Below are positions 21,742-29,167 of a stretch of DNA of 64,000 bases, in pieces. Positions within the stretch are counted from its first letter, which is position 1; every line of letters starts with the position of its first letter. The notes under the pieces are model-generated. The model was not told the DNA's origin, searched no databases, and was given only the letters and a program-made list of their open reading frames with translations. The position numbers and the translations under genes were made by a program. Where the stretch lies: NCBI GenBank assembly GCA_038215095.1, contig JBBQRG010000003.1, forward strand, positions 170 through 64,169. Reading direction: 5' to 3'. Source of the stretch: Solirubrobacterales bacterium (GTDB lineage: Bacteria > Actinomycetota > Thermoleophilia > Solirubrobacterales > Thermoleophilaceae).

Positions 21742-21980
21742 TGACCGGCGAGGCCCAGCCCGAGCGGCACGAGGACGTGCCGGAGCCCGGCGAGCCGGTG
21801 CACCTGCCCGAGCCCTCCTACCTGCCGGTGCTGATGGCGTTCGCCATCACGGTCGTCGTCGTGGGCGTCGTCCTGAACTGGTTCATCGTGGGCATCGGCG
21901 TGGTGATCTTCCTCGTGGTGCTCGTGCGCTGGGTGCGCGCGGTGCGCAGGGAGATGGCGGACCTGCCGCTCGAGCACTGA
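21741..21980 (+). CDS. 79-aa two-TM membrane protein with an HLPEPSYLP motif (possible oxidase subunit IV-like or cox-cluster protein)
   Basis: MTGEAQPERHEDVPEPGEPVHLPEPSYLPVLMAFAITVVVVG... Third codon positions are almost all G or C. The motif recalls the xPxSxWP segment of actinobacterial CtaF. Recalled from memory, not searched. Confidence 0.5.
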   Translation: MTGEAQPERHEDVPEPGEPVHLPEPSYLPVLMAFAITVVVVGVVLNWFIVGIGVVIFLVVLVRWVRAVRREMADLPLEH

Positions 21981-21996
21981 GCGCTACGCTCGCTCC

Positions 21997-22203
21997 ATGG
22001 AGGAGGACCCCACCACCCAGGAGCTGCGCATCGAGCAGCTCCGGCGCGAGGAGGGCGAGCGCGAGCGGGCGGAGGACGCGCCCACCGAGGACGCCACCGA
22101 CCAGCACGAGGCCCGTGCCTCGAAGGCCGAGTACCTGCGCCAGAAGCTCGAGCAGCGCGCCGACGCGGAGCGCCGCGCCGGCAACGAGAACGACGAGGGC
22201 TAG
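21997..22203 (+). CDS. Hypothetical small, highly charged protein (68 aa)
   Basis: ATG start. Glu/Arg/Asp-rich sequence that looks helical. No motif. Confidence 0.4.
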   Translation: MEEDPTTQELRIEQLRREEGERERAEDAPTEDATDQHEARASKAEYLRQKLEQRADAERRAGNENDEG

Positions 22204-22623
22204 CTAGCCGGACACTTCGGCCGCGGGGCCGGGCATCTCGCTGGTGGCGCCATCGCTGACCCAGCAGCGCACGATGTCGCGCATCGAGATCACGCCCACC
22301 AGCTCGCCGCCGTCCACGATCACCAGGTGGCGGAAGCCGCCCCGAACCATCGCCTCGGCCGCCCGCTCGAGCGACCACTCGGGCGACGCGAACGTGAGCT
22401 TGGCGGAGAGGTGGTCCTCCACTTTCTCGCTGTCCGGGCTCTGGCCGGCGCCGACGGACTGCAGCAGGTCGCGCTCGGTCAGGATGCCGGGACCGGGCTG
22501 CTCCGGGTCGATCACGACTGCCGCGCCTACGTTTCGCTCTGCCATCGAGCTGGCCGCCTCGCGAAGGGAGTGGCCGGGGTTCACGGTCAGGACCACGCCG
22601 CTCATCGCGTCTTTTACGTGCAC
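22204..22623 (-). CDS. CBS-domain pair protein
   Basis: 139 aa with two CBS repeats (VKDAMSGVVLTV...GILTERDLL and ...LVGVISMRDIV). GGGAGG ribosome-binding site before the GTG. Confidence 0.85.
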   Translation of the reverse strand: MHVKDAMSGVVLTVNPGHSLREAASSMAERNVGAAVVIDPEQPGPGILTERDLLQSVGAGQSPDSEKVEDHLSAKLTFASPEWSLERAAEAMVRGGFRHLVIVDGGELVGVISMRDIVRCWVSDGATSEMPGPAAEVSG

Positions 22624-22705
22624 TCAGCCTCCCGTTCCTAGTGCGAATTGGCGCTTGACCCTATCGCAGGCATCCAATCGGGTGGAAGCCGCGTATGGAT
22701 GGTTA

Positions 22706-23062
22706 GTGCGGGAGTCGACCATCGAGCGGCGCAGGGAGCTGTTTCACGAGGCAGCGGAGGTCGTGCAGCGCGAATATCGCGACGATCTCGGCCTCGACGA
22801 CATCGCCCACCGCCTCGCCTCGTCGCGGCGCCAGCTGCAGCGAGCCTTCGCCGAGGCCGGCGAGACCACCTTCCGCTCCTACCTCCAGCGCGTGCGCATG
22901 GCGCGCGCCGCGGAGCTCCTGCGAGAGGGCGCCCTGCCCGTGCACCGGGTGGCCAGCGCCGTCGGCTATCGCCAGCCCGCCCAATTCGCCAAGGCCTTCC
23001 GGCGCCACCACGGACGCCCGCCCTCGGCCTTCCGCCAGGCATCACACACCCTGGCAGCCTGA
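22706..23062 (+). CDS. AraC-family HTH domain protein (DNA-binding domain only, ~118 aa)
   Basis: DIAHRLASSRRQLQRAFAE...RSYLQRVRMARAAELL...VASAVGYRQPAQFAKAFRRHHGRPPSAFR is the AraC double HTH. The GTG start at 22706 is tentative. Confidence 0.65.
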   Translation: MRESTIERRRELFHEAAEVVQREYRDDLGLDDIAHRLASSRRQLQRAFAEAGETTFRSYLQRVRMARAAELLREGALPVHRVASAVGYRQPAQFAKAFRRHHGRPPSAFRQASHTLAA

Positions 23063-23102
23063 CGCTCGCGCCCGTCGTCGGCGTTAAATAGACTCGCGCG
23101 CC

Positions 23103-24137
23103 GTGCGCAGGCACCCCCTGGCCCAGATGATCGCCCTCGGCGTTTTTGCCGCCATCGTGGGCACCGCGATCGTGCTCCTGATGGACTGGTTCCCGACGGG
23201 GGCCGACACCGCCGCGCCGACGATCGACACGCTCTACGACGTCCTGCTCGTCTTCTCGGTGCCGATCTTCGTGCTCGTGATGTCGGTGGTGATCTACTCG
23301 GTCGTCAAGTTCCGGGCCCGCCCGGGCGACATGGGCGACGGGGCGCCCATCCACGGCAATACGAGGCTCGAGGTGTTCTGGGTCACGGTGCCGTTCCTGA
23401 TCGTGACCGGGCTCTCGGTGTACGGCTGGGTCGTCCTCAACGATATCGAGAAGAAGAAGCCGAACACGATGATCGTGAACGTGACCGCGCAGCAGTTCAC
23501 CTGGCACTTCGACTATCCCGGCCAGAAGGTCACCTCCGACCAGCTGATGCTGCCGAAGGACCGCCCGGTCGAGTTCCGGCTGCACAGCAAGGACGTGATC
23601 CACTCGTTCTGGGTGCCTGAGTTCCGCCTGAAGTCTGACATCGTGCCCGGGATGACCACGAAGATCCGCCTCACGCCCAACCGGGTCGGCTCGTGGAACG
23701 TGGTCTGCGCGGAGCTCTGCGGCCTCGGCCACTCGACGATGCGCCAGCAGGTCACGGTCATGCCCAGCTCGGCCTTCCAGGCGTGGGTGCAGAAGAACGG
23801 CAAGGGTGGGCAGCAGGCAGCGGGCGGTGGGCAGGCAGGCGGCGCGGCCGCCGGCAAGTCCGCCTTCGCTTCGAATGGCTGTGCCGGGTGCCATACGTTC
23901 AAGGCCTCCAATGCCAGCGGGACCGTCGGTCCGAATCTCGATCAGCTCAAGGCCGTCGCGGCCAAGCGCGAGAAGGGCAAGAGTGCCGCGGCCTACGTCA
24001 AGCAGTCCATCGAGGACCCACGAGCCTTCACGGTCAAGGGCTTCCCGAAGAACGTGATGCCCACGACCTTCAAGAAGGACATACCGCCTCAGCAACTCGA
24101 CGCGCTCGTCCAGTACCTTCTGGGCGGAGGCAAGTGA
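23103..24137 (+). CDS. ctaC: Cytochrome c oxidase subunit II with a fused C-terminal cytochrome c domain (caa3-type)
   Basis: Two N-terminal TM helices. CuA site HSFWVPEF...CAELCGLGHSTM. Heme c site CAGCH. Confidence 0.93.
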   Translation: MRRHPLAQMIALGVFAAIVGTAIVLLMDWFPTGADTAAPTIDTLYDVLLVFSVPIFVLVMSVVIYSVVKFRARPGDMGDGAPIHGNTRLEVFWVTVPFLIVTGLSVYGWVVLNDIEKKKPNTMIVNVTAQQFTWHFDYPGQKVTSDQLMLPKDRPVEFRLHSKDVIHSFWVPEFRLKSDIVPGMTTKIRLTPNRVGSWNVVCAELCGLGHSTMRQQVTVMPSSAFQAWVQKNGKGGQQAAGGGQAGGAAAGKSAFASNGCAGCHTFKASNASGTVGPNLDQLKAVAAKREKGKSAAAYVKQSIEDPRAFTVKGFPKNVMPTTFKKDIPPQQLDALVQYLLGGGK

Positions 24138-26050
24138 CCCTGGCAGCCAGACTCAGAGCCCCGGGCTGGTATCGCGCCGCCCTGTCCCAGCCGAGCGGCT
24201 TCGCGCTCGCCTTCGGGATCGTCACCCTGGCGCGGCTGGCCTACGGCTACGACCCGCTGATCGACTGGACCGCGATCGTCACGATCGCGATGGTCGCCCT
24301 GCCGCTCGGCTTCCTCGTCGGCATCGGCTGCTTCGACTACTGGTTCCGCTGGGCCTCAGGCGCGCCCACCATCCCCGAGGACCACTCGGGCCACGGCGCC
24401 CGCACCTGGAAGGACTACTTCCGGGTGAACACCGATCACAAGGTGATCGGGATCCAGTACATCTGCACTACGTTCTTCTTCTTCATCGCCGGCGGCCTGA
24501 TGGCAATGGTGATGCGTGCCGAGCTGGCGCAGCCCGGCACCCAGTTCGTCGACGCGAACACCTTCAACGGGCTGTTCTCGGTGCACGCGTCGCTGATGAT
24601 CTTCCTGTTCATCATCCCGGTCTTCGCCGGCATCGCGAACTACGTGATCCCGCTAATGATCGGGGCGCCGGACATGGCCTTCCCACGGCTGAACGCGCTC
24701 TCCTACTGGATGCTGCCGATGGCCGGCATCCTGATGCTGGCCAGCTTCTTCGCCCCCGGCGGCGCCTTCGCCACCGGCTGGACCGCCTACGCGCCGCTGT
24801 CCACGCAGACGCCGCTCGGCCAGACCTTCTTCACGGTCGCCGTGCAGTTCGCGGGCGCGTCGTCGATCGCTACGGCGCTCAACTTCCTGGTCACGATCAT
24901 CACCATGCGCGCGCCGGGCATGACCTTCTGGCGCATGCCGCTCCTGGTGTGGGCCAACTTCACCACCTCCCTGCTCGTGGTGATCGCCACCCCGTTCATC
25001 GCAGGCTCGCAGTTCTTCGTCCTCTTCGACCGGGCGCTAGGCACTCACTTCTTCGACCCGGGGCACGGCGGCGACGTGATCATGTACCAGCACGTCTTCT
25101 GGTTCTACTCGCACCCGGCCGTCTACATCATGATGCTGCCGGGCTTCGGGATCATCAGCGAGGTCATCTCGACGCACGCCCGCAAGCCGATCTTCGGCTA
25201 CCGGATGATGGCGTTCTCGCTGGTGGCGATCGTGATCCTGGGCTTCACGGTCTGGGCCCACCACATGTTCGTGTCGGGCATGTTCTCCTGGCTGCGGGTG
25301 CCGATGATGATCACCACGATGCTGATCGCGGTGCCCACCGGCATCAAGATCTTCTCGTGGCTGGCCACGCTGTGGAGAGGCGTGATCCACCTGAGAACGC
25401 CGATGCTGTTCGCGCTCGGCTTCATCACGATGTTCACGCTCGGCGGGATCAGCGGCATCATGCTCGCGGTCATCCCGTTCGACATCCACGTGTCGGACAC
25501 GTACTTCGTGGTGGCCCACATCCACTACGTGCTGTTCGGCGGCAGCGTGTTCACGATCTTCGCCGGGATCTACCACTGGTTCCCGAAGATGACCGGCCGG
25601 ATGTACAGCGAGGGCCTCGGCAAGCTGCACTTCTGGCTCTCGTTCGTGTTCTTCAACCTCACCTTCGGCCCGATGCACTTCGTGGGCATCGACGGCATGC
25701 CCAGGCGAGTGGCCGACTACGCCGAGAAGTTCGCCACGCTGAACCTCTTCATCAGCATCTCGAGCTTCATCTTCGGGCTCTCGTTCCTGATTTTCCTCTA
25801 CAACATGATCGCCTCGTGGCGGTACGGGCCGCGCGCGGTGGGCAACCCGTGGCGCGCCCACTCGATCGAGTGGCAGGTGTCTTCGCCGCCGCCGACCTTC
25901 AACTTCGACGAGGTGCCCACGGTGGTGGGCGGCCCCTACGAGTACGGCGTGCCCGGCGCCGTGCACGCGGTGTTCAAGGAGAAGGCCGCGGCCGCATCGG
26001 CACAGCCCGCGCCGGCCGGCGGCGGCGGAGCGCCGCCTCCCAACGAATGA
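24134..26050 (+). CDS. ctaD: Cytochrome c oxidase subunit I, with a ~100-aa N-terminal extension
   Basis: NTDHKVIGIQY, WFYSHPAVY, HHMF and related motifs. The GTG overlaps the ctaC stop (GTGA). A later internal start (MVALPLG) cannot be excluded. Confidence 0.9.
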   Translation: MTLAARLRAPGWYRAALSQPSGFALAFGIVTLARLAYGYDPLIDWTAIVTIAMVALPLGFLVGIGCFDYWFRWASGAPTIPEDHSGHGARTWKDYFRVNTDHKVIGIQYICTTFFFFIAGGLMAMVMRAELAQPGTQFVDANTFNGLFSVHASLMIFLFIIPVFAGIANYVIPLMIGAPDMAFPRLNALSYWMLPMAGILMLASFFAPGGAFATGWTAYAPLSTQTPLGQTFFTVAVQFAGASSIATALNFLVTIITMRAPGMTFWRMPLLVWANFTTSLLVVIATPFIAGSQFFVLFDRALGTHFFDPGHGGDVIMYQHVFWFYSHPAVYIMMLPGFGIISEVISTHARKPIFGYRMMAFSLVAIVILGFTVWAHHMFVSGMFSWLRVPMMITTMLIAVPTGIKIFSWLATLWRGVIHLRTPMLFALGFITMFTLGGISGIMLAVIPFDIHVSDTYFVVAHIHYVLFGGSVFTIFAGIYHWFPKMTGRMYSEGLGKLHFWLSFVFFNLTFGPMHFVGIDGMPRRVADYAEKFATLNLFISISSFIFGLSFLIFLYNMIASWRYGPRAVGNPWRAHSIEWQVSSPPPTFNFDEVPTVVGGPYEYGVPGAVHAVFKEKAAAASAQPAPAGGGGAPPPNE

Positions 26051-26871
26051 GCGACGCGGCTCCCAAGCGCATCCTCGTGGTGGCCAATGAGACCGTGGCC
26101 GGCAAGCCGCTGATCGACGCGGTGAAGAAGCGCGCCGACGAGGGTCCCGTCTCCGTGCACGTGATCTGCCCGCAGAACCAGCCCAAGCACGGCTACGTGA
26201 TCTACGAGGAGCACACCCGCGACGCCGCCGAGAACCGCCTGGAGATGACGCTGGCGCTGCTGCGCGAGGTCGGCATCGAGGCCGACGGCGAGGTCATGGA
26301 CCCCGACCCCTACGCGGCGATCATGGACGCGCTGGGCGAGGAGGACTACGACGAGATCATCCTCTCCACCCACCCCGAGACGCGCTCGGGCTGGATGCGC
26401 GAGAACCTTGTGGACCGCGTGTCACGCGCCACGCGCCGCCCGGTCGAGCACGTGGTGGTGGACCTGGCCGAGGGCCACGAGGGAGCCAAGCGCACGCTCG
26501 TGGTGGCCAACCAGACGGTCGACTCGCGCGACCTGATCGAGACGCTCAAGAAGAAGGGCGCCGAGGGCGAGCACCAGTTCTTCGTGATCCTGCCGCAGTC
26601 GGGCGCCGAGGACAACGACGAGGAGGCCGCCGAGCGGCTGGCCACCACGCTCACGGAGCTCCAGGAGGCCGGCATCGAGGCGATGGGCCAGGTCGTCCAC
26701 CCGGACCCCTATACGGCCATCCAGAACGCGATGCAGGACTACGGCGCCGACGACGTGCTCATCTCCACCTTCCCCGAGACCCGCTCGGGCTGGCTGCGCA
26801 ACGACCTCGTCGAGCGGGTGCGCGCCGCCACCAACCGCCCCGTCGAGCACATCGTGAGCGAGGAGGGCTAG
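26047..26871 (+). CDS. Soluble protein made of two tandem ~125-aa domains (fold unassigned), embedded in the cox operon
   Basis: 274 aa. The halves align with each other on LVVAN[EQ]T, DPDPY[AT]AI, ST[HF]PETRSGW[ML]R and RPVEH[VI]V. The ATG overlaps the ctaD stop (ATGA) and the TAG abuts the ctaE ATG. Confidence 0.8.
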   Translation: MSDAAPKRILVVANETVAGKPLIDAVKKRADEGPVSVHVICPQNQPKHGYVIYEEHTRDAAENRLEMTLALLREVGIEADGEVMDPDPYAAIMDALGEEDYDEIILSTHPETRSGWMRENLVDRVSRATRRPVEHVVVDLAEGHEGAKRTLVVANQTVDSRDLIETLKKKGAEGEHQFFVILPQSGAEDNDEEAAERLATTLTELQEAGIEAMGQVVHPDPYTAIQNAMQDYGADDVLISTFPETRSGWLRNDLVERVRAATNRPVEHIVSEEG

Positions 26872-27507
26872 ATGGAATCCGCGTCCGTCTCGATCGCCGG
26901 CGACCTCAAGCACCAGCACGGCGACGACGCCCACGAGGAGCACCCGCCCGAGCCCAACGTCTCGTCCCGCATCGAGGCCCAGACGCTCGGCATGTACCTC
27001 TTCATCATCTCCGAGGTGATGCTCTTCGGAGCGTTCTTCACGGCCTACTTCTTCGTCCGGGTCGTGAACGGCGACCCGTGGCCTGCCTCCGGCGAAGAGA
27101 TCCCCAAGGTGATCGCGGGCGTGAACACGGCGATCCTGATCTCCTCGAGCTTCACGATGCACTGGGCGCTCGAGGGCGCGCGCAACGAGAACCGCCGCGC
27201 GCTGCGGGTGGGGATGCTCACCACCTTCCTGCTGGGCCTGACCTTCCTCACCGTGCAGATCAACGAGTACGTGCACCTGGGCTTCGCCCCGCACGACAAC
27301 GCGCAGGGCACGATCTTCTACTGCCTCACCGGCTTGCACGGCGCCCACGTGTTCGTGGGCCTGAACCTGCTCGCCTTCGCGACCGTCCGCGCCTTCCGCG
27401 GGCACTTCTCGGCGAAGGAGCACCGCGGCGTCGAGGTGCCGGGCATCTACTGGCACTTCGTCGATGTCATGTGGATCTTCGTGTATTCGACGATCTACCT
27501 CCTCTGA
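26872..27507 (+). CDS. ctaE: Cytochrome c oxidase subunit III
   Basis: 211 aa: GMYLFIISEVMLFGAFF, GLHGAHVFVG, YWHFVDVMWIFVY. Confidence 0.92.
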   Translation: MESASVSIAGDLKHQHGDDAHEEHPPEPNVSSRIEAQTLGMYLFIISEVMLFGAFFTAYFFVRVVNGDPWPASGEEIPKVIAGVNTAILISSSFTMHWALEGARNENRRALRVGMLTTFLLGLTFLTVQINEYVHLGFAPHDNAQGTIFYCLTGLHGAHVFVGLNLLAFATVRAFRGHFSAKEHRGVEVPGIYWHFVDVMWIFVYSTIYLL

Positions 27508-27614
27508 TGCTGAACCCGCTGCGGTCCGAGCGGGAGGCGTTCCGGTTCTTGCTCTACGTCGCCGTCGTCATGGCTGTGATCGTCGGGCTCGTGCTCGGCA
27601 TTCGCGCGCTTTGA
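27507..27614 (+). CDS. 35-aa single-TM peptide after ctaE (candidate small oxidase subunit)
   Basis: MLNPLRSEREAFRFLLYVAVVMAVIVGLVLGIRAL. The ATG shares one nucleotide with the ctaE TGA, and its own TGA overlaps the TTG of the next gene. Confidence 0.45.
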   Translation: MLNPLRSEREAFRFLLYVAVVMAVIVGLVLGIRAL

Positions 27615-28393
27615 GCGACGACCTCGCGCTTGCCGAGCGCGCTGCGCGAGCCGCCGCTGAGGTGCTGCTGGAGCGCTTCGGCGGGCCGGTGCGGGGGCTC
27701 GACTCCAAGACCAGCGCCACCGACCCGGTGTCGGACGCCGACCGCGAGGCCGAGCGGGCCATTCGTGAGCTGCTGGAGGCGGAGCGGCCCCAGGACGGGC
27801 TGCTGGGCGAGGAGGGCTCGAGTCAGGAGGGCGAGAGCGGGCGCCGCTGGGTGGTCGACCCGCTCGACGGGACGGTGAACTACCTCTACGGGATTCCGCA
27901 GTGGTGCGTGAGCGTGGCGCTGGAGGACGGGGAGGGCGCTCTGCTCGGCGTCGTGTTGGACCCGGTTCGAGAGGAGGTGTTCTCCGCCATGCGTGGTGAG
28001 GGCGCGCTCGTCAACGGCGGGCAGGTAAGGGTGAGTGAGGCCGCCGAGCTCGCTCGTGCCCTGATCGGAACCGGCTTCAGCTACGAGGCGTCGCACCGCG
28101 CCGAGCAGGCTGCGGTGGTCTCGCGGGTGCTCCCGCGCGTGCGCGACATCCGCCGAGCCGGCTCGGCGGCGCTCGACCTGGCCTGGGTTGCCGCGGGCCG
28201 CCTGGACGGCTTCTACGAGCGCGGCGTGAAGCCCTGGGACTGGCGTGCGGGCGGCCTGCTGGTGGAAGAGGCCGGCGGCATCGTGCGCGAGCTGCAGGGT
28301 GAGCCGTTCGGCGTGGTGGCGGCCGGCCCGGGCCTGATCGAGGAGCTCGCCGGCCTGGTGACCGACAAAACGGGCCCGCCACCGGTTGCGTAG
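27611..28393 (+). CDS. suhB: Inositol monophosphatase family protein
   Basis: 260 aa from TTG. Motifs WVVDPLDGTVNY and WDWRAGGLLVEEAGG. Confidence 0.88.
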   Translation: MSDDLALAERAARAAAEVLLERFGGPVRGLDSKTSATDPVSDADREAERAIRELLEAERPQDGLLGEEGSSQEGESGRRWVVDPLDGTVNYLYGIPQWCVSVALEDGEGALLGVVLDPVREEVFSAMRGEGALVNGGQVRVSEAAELARALIGTGFSYEASHRAEQAAVVSRVLPRVRDIRRAGSAALDLAWVAAGRLDGFYERGVKPWDWRAGGLLVEEAGGIVRELQGEPFGVVAAGPGLIEELAGLVTDKTGPPPVA

Positions 28394-28451
28394 GAGGCAC
28401 GTGTGGCCGCGGGCAGCCCGCCGGCCTTGGCGTTCCCTAAGGGACGCGGCC
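28388..28451 (+). repeat. Copy of the dispersed ~64-nt GC-rich repeat
   Basis: GCGTAGGAGGCACGTGTGGCCGCGGGCAGCCCGCCGGCCTTGGCGTTCCCTAAGGGACGCGGCC. It spans the gap between the convergent suhB and cytochrome c-cupredoxin genes and overlaps both ends. The suhB TAG is the TAG of GCGTAG. Confidence 0.75.
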
Positions 28452-29167
28452 TATTTGACAGTCAGTGTTCCCTTCATGCCTCCGGCTTCGTGGCCGGGCA
28501 CGCTGCAGTAGAAGGTGTACTTGCCGGGCTTCAGGCTGGCCGAGACCTTCGAGGTGCCGCCCTTGCCGACCTTGGGGCCGTTCTTCTTCACGCCGTTGCC
28601 CTTGATCGAGATGTCGTGCTGCACGTTGGCCTTGTTGGCCATGTCCAGCTCGATCGAGCCGGGCTTCGCGAGCGCGTTGATGGCCGTGAACGCCAGCGCG
28701 CCGGTGGGGTCGGCGTCGATCTGGAGCTTGCCGCCCTGCTCGGTGACGGGCTTCTTCGAGACCTTCGGCTTGCCGGCGCTTGCGAGCGCGCCCGGGTCCT
28801 GGCCCGGCTGGGCCGCCACGTGCCCCACGTAGGCCGCCACGTCCAGCGCGTTCGTGCCGGTGACGAGGTTGCGCGGCATGATGCTGTCGCGCCTCACGTT
28901 GGAGATCTGGCGGTGCACGATGCCGCGCACGGTGGCCTCCGTCATCCCGTCGCTGCGCGCCGTCTGGAAGGCGTGGTCGAGGTTCGGGCCCTGGACGCCC
29001 TGGGCGTTCGCCCGCTTGAGCGTGTGGCAGGAGGCGCACTTCTGCACGAACAGCGCCTTGCCGTTCACGAGGTCGGCGTCGTGCTGGCGGCCGCAGCCCG
29101 AAAGCGGGATCGCGGCGGCCGCTGCGAGCGCGAGCGCGGCCAGGGAGAGATGACCAGGGGGCCTCAC
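28451..29167 (-). CDS. Lipoprotein fusing a class I cytochrome c to a type-1 copper cupredoxin domain
   Basis: 238 aa from GTG. Lipobox LSGC. Heme site CASCH. Blue-copper ligands in QHDISI and YCSVPGHEAGGM. The GTG overlaps the GT4 stop (GTGA). Confidence 0.85.
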   Translation of the reverse strand: MRPPGHLSLAALALAAAAAIPLSGCGRQHDADLVNGKALFVQKCASCHTLKRANAQGVQGPNLDHAFQTARSDGMTEATVRGIVHRQISNVRRDSIMPRNLVTGTNALDVAAYVGHVAAQPGQDPGALASAGKPKVSKKPVTEQGGKLQIDADPTGALAFTAINALAKPGSIELDMANKANVQHDISIKGNGVKKNGPKVGKGGTSKVSASLKPGKYTFYCSVPGHEAGGMKGTLTVK

